Of a stretch of DNA of 64,000 nt, positions 40,746 through 50,312 are shown piece after piece (position 1 is the first letter of the stretch; the number at the start of each line of letters is the position of its first letter). The stretch lies in the IMG/VR virus record IMGVR_UViG_3300035501_000471; one strand, given 5' to 3'. Source of the stretch: a virus (lineage: Duplodnaviria > Caudoviricetes). The position numbers and the translations under genes are program-made. Under the pieces are notes generated by a model. That model had not been told where the DNA came from and searched no databases. It saw only the letters and a program-made list of their open reading frames with translations.

Positions 40746-42515
40746 ATGAATTACAACAATAAAGGTTATTCTTTACTTAATGAGAGTAAAAAGGCTAAGG
40801 ATATTCAAGTTGTTTTTTTAAGTGCTCGTGCAGAGAAAACTACAAAAAGTTCTAACTCAATGTTCTTCTTTGAGGAGGCGGCAAAGAAAGCCAATATTAA
40901 AATGGTAGTCATTGATCCATCTTCTTCAACTATTACAAAAGAAAATGATGATGAATATAAGGTAGTTGAAAAGACCACTGATAAGAAAACATATATCTTA
41001 AAACCATCAAATACAATTATAGTTCCTCGTCGAACAGTAATTAAAAATGGTGAATCAAAAGACTTCATGTCTCAACTTCAAAATTATGGTTTCTTCTGTT
41101 TTAATACTCTTGATTCGATTGAAACCTGCGAAGATAAATTTTTAACATATAGAAAATTGAAAGCAATGAATGTTCCCACCCCAAAAACTGTTGTGGTGAC
41201 TGGAACATCAATGAACAAACTGGAAGAAAAAGTTGAATCAGTTGGTGGTCAATTTCCTATTGTGTGTAAATTAGTATCTGGAACACAGGGTATTGGTGTG
41301 TTTATTATTGATTCTATGATGTCTTTGAAATCAACTCTCCAAACGATATTCAAGATTTCACCTAAGTCAGACATTATTCTTCAAGAGAAAATTGATTCTG
41401 ACTATGACCTTCGTATCCATGTAATGTATGAAGGATTTGAAAGAATATCTACTGGTCTTGACAACTACAAGATTATAGGTTGTATGAAACGTAATCAACT
41501 TGCTGGTGATTTCCGTTCAAATTACTCATTAGGTTCAACCGCTGAGAAAGGACAATTAACACCTGAACAAGAAAGAATCGCAAAGTTGGCCGCGAAAGCA
41601 ACTAATTGTAGATGGGCTGGCGTGGACTTAATTGTTTCAAGACAGACACAAACACCTTATGTAATTGAGGTTAATTCATCACCCGGAACAAAAGGTATCA
41701 CAACCGCCGCCGGAGATGATGTAGTTGGAACAATTTTTGATGAGTTCAAGAATTTCAAATATACTCGATATGAATCAGACCAAATCGGTAAGTATGAAAC
41801 TGTAACCATTAAAGATATGGGTATTGATACAGTAATGAAATTCGACACACAACATTCATTCACTGAAATGGAATGTTCATCTATCAATATTAAAGATGAT
41901 GATGTAACATTCGTATTTAATGGTATCACTTACAACAGAGAACTATCAGGTCTTAGAAAAGGTGATGCTCTTATTGAACTAAATCTTAAATTCAATGGTA
42001 CAACATACAAATCTGAGCTTGTTGTATTGAAACAATCTAACACCAACATTAACAAAAACATCTTGATTGGTGGAACAAAAATACTTGGTAGAATTAGTTC
42101 ACACAGTTCAATCGCTGAGGAATCATTTATTCTAACTGACAATTCAACTGATTTTGAAATACCTGTTGAAAAAGTAGAAGAAGGTTTATTGACTGAAGGT
42201 AGAAATTGGTTATTCAATGTAGATGATAAAGACATTCATCTATCAGGACTTAGAAAATGTATTGAATCTTTCTTGAATGGTTCACGAAATAGTTATCGTA
42301 GAGGTAGATGGATGATTGCTCAGGGGGGATATGACTTAGAATGGGAGTTATCTTACAATGACCAAGTATTCATGCAGAAAGTTAAAAATGAAAGTCCCAA
42401 ATTTATCCACACCTATATGCCAGAGAAACAAGCATTTAAGATAGCTGGTATAATTGAATCACTATTAGATGATGTTCAGGTAGATATGGGAAAATATAAT
42501 GAAGATTTTGATTAA
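40746..42515 (+). CDS. RimK-like ATP-grasp ligase fused to a degenerate aspartic protease domain and an extra C-terminal domain
   Basis: DKFLT, GTQGIGV, LQEKI, DLR, FRSNYSLG, GVDL, IEVNSSPG; FDTQ...ILIG. Confidence 0.85.
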   Translation: MNYNNKGYSLLNESKKAKDIQVVFLSARAEKTTKSSNSMFFFEEAAKKANIKMVVIDPSSSTITKENDDEYKVVEKTTDKKTYILKPSNTIIVPRRTVIKNGESKDFMSQLQNYGFFCFNTLDSIETCEDKFLTYRKLKAMNVPTPKTVVVTGTSMNKLEEKVESVGGQFPIVCKLVSGTQGIGVFIIDSMMSLKSTLQTIFKISPKSDIILQEKIDSDYDLRIHVMYEGFERISTGLDNYKIIGCMKRNQLAGDFRSNYSLGSTAEKGQLTPEQERIAKLAAKATNCRWAGVDLIVSRQTQTPYVIEVNSSPGTKGITTAAGDDVVGTIFDEFKNFKYTRYESDQIGKYETVTIKDMGIDTVMKFDTQHSFTEMECSSINIKDDDVTFVFNGITYNRELSGLRKGDALIELNLKFNGTTYKSELVVLKQSNTNINKNILIGGTKILGRISSHSSIAEESFILTDNSTDFEIPVEKVEEGLLTEGRNWLFNVDDKDIHLSGLRKCIESFLNGSRNSYRRGRWMIAQGGYDLEWELSYNDQVFMQKVKNESPKFIHTYMPEKQAFKIAGIIESLLDDVQVDMGKYNEDFD

Positions 42516-42686
42516 ATGGGATGTAACTGTAAAAAATCAAAGTTAGAATTAAATATCCGCAAAAAGATAAGACAAGAAATTAAAGAAAAGATTGCAGATG
42601 TTAAAAAAATCTGGAATGAAACAAAACAGTCACAAACAGGAAATGGAACAGTGACAACGAAAAAAGATGAATTGAATTTCAAATAA
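42516..42686 (+). CDS. Small 56-aa MGCxC protein (below the ORF-track cutoff)
   Basis: ATG immediately follows the RimK stop; translates MGCNCKKSKLELNIRKKIRQEIKEK...DELNFK. Confidence 0.6.
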   Translation: MGCNCKKSKLELNIRKKIRQEIKEKIADVKKIWNETKQSQTGNGTVTTKKDELNFK

Positions 42687-42700
42687 AAAGGAGGTGGTCA

Positions 42701-43899
42701 TTATTTGATCACCTCCTTCAAGTTTTTTATGTCCTTCTCTCTTAAAATAATAACATGATTTTTTAACATACATTGATGTTTAGCTTCCGAGAGACCATCA
42801 TTATATTCAGTCCGACTATAAGGATTTACCATTTTATCACCATCAAAGAAATGATCACCTTTAACTTCATATATTTGTCCATTAATTAAGAAGTCAGGTT
42901 GATAAATGTGAGTTTTTCCTTCAAATTCATATTCAAAATGTTGTTCAGGTTGATAGGTATATTTAATGTGATTTTCAAAACAAAACTCAGCTAACATCAT
43001 TTCCCATCTTGAATCATAAGTTTCATTCGTCACATCACTGAAAAATTTATGTTTCTTTGTTTTGTGATATTGATAAGATTTGGCATAATTTTCAACTCCA
43101 TATCTTTCTATCATAGTTTGTTTTGATTTTTCATGAACATCAGCATTTTGGAGGGCAGATACAGTTCCATATTTTTCAAGATTAGTCTGTTTTTGTTTAT
43201 CCTTGAAATCATCTAACTGTATTGGAAACTCAGTACCATATTTTTTAAGATTAGTTTGTCTTGCTTTTTGTTTGATGTCACTGGATTGTAGAGGACTTTC
43301 AACGCCATGATTTTTAAGACAGGTTTGTTTCTTTATTCTCTTTATATCACTCGATTGACTTGGATTCTCACAACCATATTTGTCAAGAAATGTCTTTATC
43401 TTTTTGTTTTGTATTTCTTCAACCTGTGATGGATTTTCTTGACCATAATTTTCAAGATATGTCTGGACTCTTTTCTCTTTGAAGTCATCGGTCTGGACAT
43501 AGTAATCTTTTCCATATCTTTCATTACAGGTTTCTTTACATTTTTCAATAAACTCATCTGTCTTAGCATAACTATCTATTCCATATCTTTTTATCATAGT
43601 TTCCTTAGCTAACTTTCTACTTAACATTGAACCACAGGAAACAGAACAAGTTTTACAATATCCGGTAGTAAAACTCTTAAACTTACATCTTTTACCACAA
43701 ACCGGACATAAACCTAACTGTAAATCAATGTCATCATGGAAATAGTGATATAGTTTCTGAGTCCACTTAAAATCATCAGGAAAAGACCATGATATCACAT
43801 CTTCATATAACTCTGGATATCTTTTGAAAAGTGATTTATTTCAATATTACCTCTTGGAAATTTTATTATAGTTTGAAATACATCTTCTTTAACAGACAT
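42701..43899 (-). pseudogene. Homing-endonuclease-like gene with a probable 1-nt frameshift near its 5' end
   Basis: ATG at 43899 (MSVKEDVFQTII...GNIE) is out of frame with NKSLFKRYPELYEDVISW...; the remainder is intact, ending in the YQPDFLINGQIYEVKG nuclease. Confidence 0.6.
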
Positions 43900-43955
43900 T
43901 TATATTACAATTATTATATATAAAGGAGTGATCAAAATGACCACTCCTCCAATGT

Positions 43956-44783
43956 TTATTTCTTTCCTTTGAATAGGACTTTATCTATAATTTTGTCATC
44001 AATTTTAGGAATGTGGTATAGTTCATATTTTCCATCATCCTTTAACCATATCAGTTGTCGGTCTATAATTTTAACACCAATACTTTCCAACATTCTTTGA
44101 TACAAGTTAAATTGAAGGGTGTAGTGACTCATCGGCTCATTAATCATATTGTTAAATGGATAAGTCATAAAGTCACCAAATCGACGGGCATAATCATTAC
44201 GAAGGGACTTATTTGTTTTCCAGTCACCAATAACATACCCACTATCTTCATCAGGAAAAACTTGATCATCACTGTGGAACAAAATATCACAAGTTCCACA
44301 AATTGGTCTTGCCCCCTTTATGTATTTTGTTGAAAGTCTAAACTCAGCTCCGATAGGTGTTAGTTTATTCAATTCATTCTTAGCATTGTCATCATAGAAA
44401 TTTTTGATGGCTTCCTCTTTTGGGTATGTGGGAATAAGGACATTAAATTCCTCCACATATTGAGGTTTATTAGCAGGACAAATCAATTCAGGATGACCAG
44501 ACATAAGATTGGTATAACTTTCTCCAAATTCATGCGTTCGTGTACCTGCGATAGTTGATTTAAGATTATTCAACTTCCAACTTTTACTTACATCTTCCGG
44601 TTTGAGTTTATATTTCTTAGCATATTGTACGGCTTTCTCATCCCAGTCAATAAAAGGTTCATATTCTTTAATTACATGACTAACAGGTACATATTCCTGT
44701 TTGTTGATGAAATATTGGTGACTTTCTTCAATAAATTCAATATCACCAAATTTTTCTTCAATATGTTTTTTTATATCTTCCAT
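43956..44783 (-). CDS. PD-(D/E)xK (Cas4/RecB-like) exonuclease
   Basis: HQY, GTRTH, GTCDIL, IGDWKTN, YTLQFNLY. Confidence 0.8.
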   Translation of the reverse strand: MEDIKKHIEEKFGDIEFIEESHQYFINKQEYVPVSHVIKEYEPFIDWDEKAVQYAKKYKLKPEDVSKSWKLNNLKSTIAGTRTHEFGESYTNLMSGHPELICPANKPQYVEEFNVLIPTYPKEEAIKNFYDDNAKNELNKLTPIGAEFRLSTKYIKGARPICGTCDILFHSDDQVFPDEDSGYVIGDWKTNKSLRNDYARRFGDFMTYPFNNMINEPMSHYTLQFNLYQRMLESIGVKIIDRQLIWLKDDGKYELYHIPKIDDKIIDKVLFKGKK

Positions 44784-44802
44784 ATCTATTAATTTTACAA
44801 AA

Positions 44803-44834
44803 CAAAGTTACAAGATTTTTTTCTCTTTACCAAA
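44803..44834 (-). promoter_or_regulatory. Canonical Bacteroidota sigma promoter TTTG-N20-TAACTTTG
   Basis: Minus strand: TTTG at 44834-44831, 20-nt spacer, TAACTTTG at 44810-44803, upstream of the exonuclease ATG. Confidence 0.7.
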
Positions 44835-44847
44835 TTTCAAAAGTTAA

Positions 44848-45114
44848 TTAGTCTAAAATACCTATAACCATTTCAGGAGTAATAACAACTAACTCATCTG
44901 AATCCACCTGAATATAAACACCCCCATAATCTTGAAAACAAATTCGTTGACCTATGGAATATTCACAGTCCTCACCAATAGAATCAATCACACCACTATA
45001 AGGTTCAGGTATTTCTTGGAAAGACTCGGCTTTGTAATTCACGTCATTCATTTGGGAAAAATCACTTGGATCCTTCTTAACTATTATGACATTATTAACT
45101 GCCTGTAATCGCAT
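44848..45114 (-). CDS. GroES-like co-chaperonin
   Basis: LQAVNNVIIVKK, GVIDSIG, IGQRICF..YGG, VIGIL. Confidence 0.7.
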   Translation of the reverse strand: MRLQAVNNVIIVKKDPSDFSQMNDVNYKAESFQEIPEPYSGVIDSIGEDCEYSIGQRICFQDYGGVYIQVDSDELVVITPEMVIGILD

Positions 45115-46144
45115 ATTCTTGTAACTTATTTTTTATTTCATCTCTAAGGTCATCATCTATTGAAACTTGGTCTAAAAAATCATCAATATATTCAGATGAT
45201 GACTTAGCTTCTGATAACTCGATTTCTTTATTCTCCAAGATGCCCTGTGTAGTTGATTCACCGATAAGTTTGAACTCCTTATATGTTCCCAAAAGGGTTT
45301 CTCTAAGTTTATCCAATTTACAGTTCATCAAGTCATCATTTTTTACAATCACATCCACAAAGTTATTCTTCCACCGTTCCTTTAACTCAGCAACAGTTTG
45401 GTCAAGAATGTCATATACAGACTCTTTGATAAATCTTGGAGAGAATTTGTTTTCTATAAATTTAGTGGCACCTGATTGAAGATGTAGTAGAGTGATACCT
45501 TTTTCATTTCCAATATCACCTCTATCTTTCATATAAGGTGTACCAATATAATTTACATTTTGAATTTTTTGTCTAATGTGAATATGACCTGCATATACTC
45601 TGGCTGACTTAAAATCTTCCTCTTGAATTGTGGTACTGGTCTTTAACATATTACCTTTTGAACTGGTCATACATCCACCAATTTCAAGATGACCAAAAAC
45701 ATAATCAACATTAAACCTTCTCAATATGTCTTTTTGTTCCTGAGCATTTTCATTCCAAGGTAAAAATAGGACACGTTTATCATCTATGGTTTCAACAGTC
45801 GGTGTGTAATATATATCAATATTCTTAATGTGTTTTAACATATCAACAGATGTAATTGAGGTATCTGTCTTTTTATATATGTCGTGATTACCGATTACTA
45901 TTTTTATCTTATTGAAAATGTTAGACAATCTTTCAAATATCTTTATTGTTGTTGAGATTGTATTTAGACCAATAGTAGAACGGTTATCAAAAACATCACC
46001 ACAATGAATAAGTATATCTTCAGGTTTGACCTTTTCTTCCATTAGGGGGAACAAGACCTTATCAAAATAATCATATATGTCTTGCATCCAAATAGGGTTA
46101 TCTCCCTTTAATCCAAAATGTGTATCTGATATTAACCAAATCAT
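45095..46144 (-). CDS. Mre11/SbcD-like recombination nuclease (T4 gp47-like)
   Basis: SDTHFG, GDVFDNR, GNHD, GHLE, GHIH, YIGTPY. Confidence 0.9.
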   Translation of the reverse strand: MIWLISDTHFGLKGDNPIWMQDIYDYFDKVLFPLMEEKVKPEDILIHCGDVFDNRSTIGLNTISTTIKIFERLSNIFNKIKIVIGNHDIYKKTDTSITSVDMLKHIKNIDIYYTPTVETIDDKRVLFLPWNENAQEQKDILRRFNVDYVFGHLEIGGCMTSSKGNMLKTSTTIQEEDFKSARVYAGHIHIRQKIQNVNYIGTPYMKDRGDIGNEKGITLLHLQSGATKFIENKFSPRFIKESVYDILDQTVAELKERWKNNFVDVIVKNDDLMNCKLDKLRETLLGTYKEFKLIGESTTQGILENKEIELSEAKSSSEYIDDFLDQVSIDDDLRDEIKNKLQEYAITGS

Positions 46145-46222
46145 AATTTTTTAATCTATTGTATATTAAACATAACAAAGGGAGGTTTTTGTTTCCTCCC
46201 TCTATGTTTTTTTGATTTGATT

Positions 46223-47035
46223 TTACCAGAGTCCCCACTCAGCTAAGGCTTCATAACCACCGATTTGATTAATATATTCCTGAGCGATTTGAACAATTTC
46301 ACCATAGGGTCGGCCATCAACAAAATGATCACCAATAGCACATGAAAGTTCCTTAGTTTTACCTGTACGTTGTGCCTCTAACCAACAGTAAATGTTAAGT
46401 GTCACATCTGATTTACTGATATCCTTACCATGAATACCACCACCAGTTACACTATGTCCCATGTCACTACCAAGTTTACGATTAACCGCACCAGTATCTA
46501 CATTTTGAGAACCAGTCCAATAACCAAGAGGATTAATGGTAATTGTGTATTGGGGGTAAGCCTTATGGAGATGTTCATACAACTTATCTGTATCTTCGAG
46601 ATGACTTTGACACACAATAAGTTCTTTATCCTTTTCATTGAGGACATATTTACCATCAGTAGGATAATCATTATAGATGTCCTGAGCAATGGTAGTCAAT
46701 GTCATTTCCTCATCCGTCAAAGGAACACCCTTAAAAATACCATTATCACCACAACGATAATCTACACTTTGATTCTCCGCCAAGTGTTCATCCTGTGGAA
46801 CACAAATAAACTTCAACTCAATACCTTCGCCCGCGATACGATTTACGATAGGTTGTATATCATCAACTGTGAGGTCAACTGATGACTCTGCGATAATTGT
46901 ACAATGGCCATGACCAATTAGACCTTCTACTGCAATCTTAGGGTTTGTTTGTTTAGTGTAACACAAATCAACAATGGCTCCGGCGATTCTATCCATAATC
47001 TTGTCCGGATGACTGGGATTTACTTTTTCTATCAT
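46223..47035 (-). CDS. metK: S-adenosylmethionine synthetase (short form)
   Basis: EKVNPSHPDK, AVE, GDNG, DGK, INPLG, DTGAVNRKL, GGGIHGKDISKSD. Confidence 0.88.
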   Translation of the reverse strand: MIEKVNPSHPDKIMDRIAGAIVDLCYTKQTNPKIAVEGLIGHGHCTIIAESSVDLTVDDIQPIVNRIAGEGIELKFICVPQDEHLAENQSVDYRCGDNGIFKGVPLTDEEMTLTTIAQDIYNDYPTDGKYVLNEKDKELIVCQSHLEDTDKLYEHLHKAYPQYTITINPLGYWTGSQNVDTGAVNRKLGSDMGHSVTGGGIHGKDISKSDVTLNIYCWLEAQRTGKTKELSCAIGDHFVDGRPYGEIVQIAQEYINQIGGYEALAEWGLW

Positions 47036-47118
47036 ATTATAAACTAAATTTAAATTTCAGATTTATTATAAAAATAACAAAGTTAATCGTAATATCACAA
47101 AAATCACATAAATAAATT

Positions 47119-47751
47119 ATGATAAAAATTGGTATAGATTATAGTTTAATTAGTCCAGCTTTGTGTATTCATAAAGATGGAGAGTATAAATTCATTTCAT
47201 TTTTTGATGATTATGGGAAAGATTGGAAAACATCTAAATTAAAGAAGTTTTTTTATCACAGAGAATTGTCAGATATAATGGAATTGATACCTTATACTCG
47301 TGAACTTGATAAAGAAAATTATAGGTCTGAACAAAAGACAAAAATGAAAAGTGCTAAGTTAATTGCAGAACTTATTACCAACAGAATTAAAGAAGAAGTT
47401 GGTGATGATGAAGTAATTATTGGTATTGAAGGATTTAGTTATGGTTCTGTTTCATCTAATACAATAGACCTATGTTTATACAATTCATTTCTTAGATTAA
47501 AACTCCTTGAAACATTTGGTGAAGAATGTATTGTTATTATTTCACCAACAGAAGGAAAGAAAACCTTATTTGGTAAAGGTAATGCTAAGAAAGATGACAT
47601 GATTAACTCATTTATCAATAATAGATTAGAAGATAAAGAATTAGAAAATAATCCACTGTGGAAATATTGTGTTGAACATGATTTAGATTTTAATAATGTA
47701 AAACCTATTGATGATTTAGTGGATAGTTATGGAATATTAAAAAGTATATAA
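47119..47751 (+). CDS. RuvC-like Holliday junction resolvase
   Basis: IGIDYS, IEGFSY, SPTEGKK, GKGNAKKDDM, DDLVDS. Confidence 0.8.
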   Translation: MIKIGIDYSLISPALCIHKDGEYKFISFFDDYGKDWKTSKLKKFFYHRELSDIMELIPYTRELDKENYRSEQKTKMKSAKLIAELITNRIKEEVGDDEVIIGIEGFSYGSVSSNTIDLCLYNSFLRLKLLETFGEECIVIISPTEGKKTLFGKGNAKKDDMINSFINNRLEDKELENNPLWKYCVEHDLDFNNVKPIDDLVDSYGILKSI

Positions 47752-47754
47752 ATT

Positions 47755-49248
47755 ATGGGACATATATTAAACAGAGCAGATTTCTTAAAAGAATCATTGT
47801 GGAAAGGTGTGATTGACCGTTCTAAATCTGGTGAAGTGAGAAAAGAAGATATACTCGGTAATCATAGTTTCACAGATGGTAATGGAACATTTCACAAACA
47901 TGGTATAAAACCTGATGAATACCAACCTTATGACGCGATTACTAAGGTTGTATGGTGGCATTTGGACAGAAAATCAATAAAAGATGTAATAGACCTAAAT
48001 GTAATAGACACCAGTGAATTAACAAGTATGGTTGAGGTATTTTCATTAGCTTTCACACGATTAATGTGGCCAAAAGACTATGATAAAGAAGGTTATAGAG
48101 CTTTGACTGCGGAAGAAGTAGATGAACTCAAATTTGATTGTTCAGGTTGGCAATTAGATAACATGAGGAATATAACTTTCAAAGGTCTATTCAAGGATAT
48201 AAATATTGATAATTGGACAATACCTGAAGGATTAAAAATAAAATTTGGTGATTTCAAGGACAGTTATTATGAAAACAATCCACCCAGTTGGTACAATTTC
48301 GATATAAAAGAATGGGTAGCCAGTGCTGTTTATGGTAGAGGAGCAGTAAGTCACAACAAATATGGTGTTGATAAAGTTAGAACCAAAGAATTAGGAAAGA
48401 AATGTTACTGGGTTAAATTTACAGAATCGTTCAGATGTAGAAATATTCCTGAGTGTGTATCTATTATTGATATCACAAATGAAAATAATCGACACGATAG
48501 AGTGTTTGCTGATTTAAGTGGTATTGAAACACTTAGAGGTTTACCTGAATCTGTAAAAAAAGAGAGTAAGGTATGTATTGAACTCTGTCTAAATGACCTT
48601 ACAGATAAAGAACTTATACTACCGGAAGGTATTGACCAACTTTCTATTAAAGAATCTGATAATGTTGATTTATTACCTACCGTTCTACCATACTCAATTT
48701 CTTTAGTTAACTCTAAACAACTTGGTCATGTTACTGAAGTTAATGGTTGGTTTAATTGTGGAAATTCAGGTATAACATCTTTGAAGGGTTGTCCTAAAAA
48801 AGTAACTGGTCATTTTGATTGTCATAACTCAAAATTGACTGATTTAGTAGGTGCTCCTGAATATGTTGGTAGTGACTTTAGTTGTTCAAACATGGGTTCT
48901 ATCAAATCACTAAAAGGTTGTCCTAAATATGTTGGTGGTGACTTTAATTTCTATTCAACAGGAGTAACAGATATAGATGATTTTCCTGAAGAAATAGGAG
49001 GTGGTGTTTATCTATCCGGTTGTTGTCACCTAAATAGTTTTGTTGGAATACCAGAAGGTGTAATAAAAGGTAATTTAGACATCGGTTATTGTAATGTTAA
49101 ATCGTTAGAAGGACTACCTGCAAGTATTGGAGGTTATTACTTTATAAAAAATTTAACATTGAATGGTAAATCCGTATCAAAAAATGATTTCTTGGAAATG
49201 TGTCCACACATCAACCCAGAAAAAGTAAAAAATTCAAAATATGATTAA
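47755..49248 (+). CDS. Leucine-rich-repeat family protein, copy 1
   Basis: LKESLWKGVIDRSK N-terminus; SLKGCPK.VGGDF repeats. Confidence 0.75.
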   Translation: MGHILNRADFLKESLWKGVIDRSKSGEVRKEDILGNHSFTDGNGTFHKHGIKPDEYQPYDAITKVVWWHLDRKSIKDVIDLNVIDTSELTSMVEVFSLAFTRLMWPKDYDKEGYRALTAEEVDELKFDCSGWQLDNMRNITFKGLFKDINIDNWTIPEGLKIKFGDFKDSYYENNPPSWYNFDIKEWVASAVYGRGAVSHNKYGVDKVRTKELGKKCYWVKFTESFRCRNIPECVSIIDITNENNRHDRVFADLSGIETLRGLPESVKKESKVCIELCLNDLTDKELILPEGIDQLSIKESDNVDLLPTVLPYSISLVNSKQLGHVTEVNGWFNCGNSGITSLKGCPKKVTGHFDCHNSKLTDLVGAPEYVGSDFSCSNMGSIKSLKGCPKYVGGDFNFYSTGVTDIDDFPEEIGGGVYLSGCCHLNSFVGIPEGVIKGNLDIGYCNVKSLEGLPASIGGYYFIKNLTLNGKSVSKNDFLEMCPHINPEKVKNSKYD

Positions 49249-49252
49249 ATAA

Positions 49253-49286
49253 AAAAGGAGAGGAATAAAAAATTTCCTCTCCTTTT
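49253..49286. terminator. Bidirectional terminator
   Basis: AAAAGGAGAGGAA / TTCCTCTCCTTTT between convergent genes. Confidence 0.75.
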
Positions 49287-49327
49287 AGTTTATAAAACAT
49301 TAGTCACAAATATGTTTCTTCTTTCAA

Positions 49328-50188
49328 TTATGCGAAACGAACAGGGGTAAGAACCACATAGGTCTTCACATTGTCATCATCAAAGCTAACAAACTTGATT
49401 TTGTTAGAATGGAATTCAATGTTGTAGAACTTGTCACTGTCAATCCATTCAAAATATTGTTTGTTGAAACATCCAAGGTAGTTTTCCACACCTTCACTGG
49501 CGGTAAACTCATTGTGGATAAGTTTCTTGTCATACAACTTGTCGAATTTTTGGAAACCAACAAAGTCATTGTCTTGAATAAGGTCATTAACCGTACTACG
49601 AACATTTTCGTCGGTTGATTCAATCTCGCTGACAACAATACTGTCACCATTTACAAGATTGAAGAATACACGAACCGAATCTTTATTCAAACCGAACAAA
49701 CCACGAAGTTTCTTGAACTCGGTGTCTGTGATACTAACTGAACATTGAAGTTTAGATGTATCTTCAAAGATTGAGAATCGTGCGGTTTCAGGAATTTCAA
49801 GGAAGTCAACAGCTTCTTTATCAGCACAGTTAACAGTTACATTCATTTCTGAGTTCTTAACTGTCAACTTCTTAGCATAGTTGTTGTCCTCAATATCAAA
49901 CACCATGTCAACAGTATCTTCACCTACAAGAGTGAGGGTAGTGATAAGTTTAGTCGCATTTGAGAACTGAATCTTAACAGGTTCATCAAATGGATTAGTA
50001 AATTCATCACACATGGTTTCGATGTCAGCAGATACTGATTTAAGAGCTGACTTGTTACGGTTATACGCGGTTGATTCAAACTTACTACCATTTAGGGTAA
50101 CAAAAATGAGGTTATCCATAGAGGCACTTCGCTTAATCAAAGAGGCGAATTGTTTGGTTTTTACACCTTTCAATGAGATTTTTTTCAT
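49328..50188 (-). CDS. Probable DNA polymerase sliding clamp (gp45/PCNA-like)
   Basis: 286 aa with an apparent two-domain alpha/beta pattern ending in a hydrophobic strand; carries the replication-class promoter. No diagnostic motif, so this is an inference. Confidence 0.55.
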   Translation of the reverse strand: MKKISLKGVKTKQFASLIKRSASMDNLIFVTLNGSKFESTAYNRNKSALKSVSADIETMCDEFTNPFDEPVKIQFSNATKLITTLTLVGEDTVDMVFDIEDNNYAKKLTVKNSEMNVTVNCADKEAVDFLEIPETARFSIFEDTSKLQCSVSITDTEFKKLRGLFGLNKDSVRVFFNLVNGDSIVVSEIESTDENVRSTVNDLIQDNDFVGFQKFDKLYDKKLIHNEFTASEGVENYLGCFNKQYFEWIDSDKFYNIEFHSNKIKFVSFDDDNVKTYVVLTPVRFA

Positions 50189-50312
50189 TATAAAACTATT
50201 AAAAATTTAAATTATCAATTACATTATAAAAATAACAAACTTGTGAAATTTTTGACTAACTTTCATCTTCAATTTCAACTACATCATAAATATAACAAAG
50301 AATGTTTTTTTT

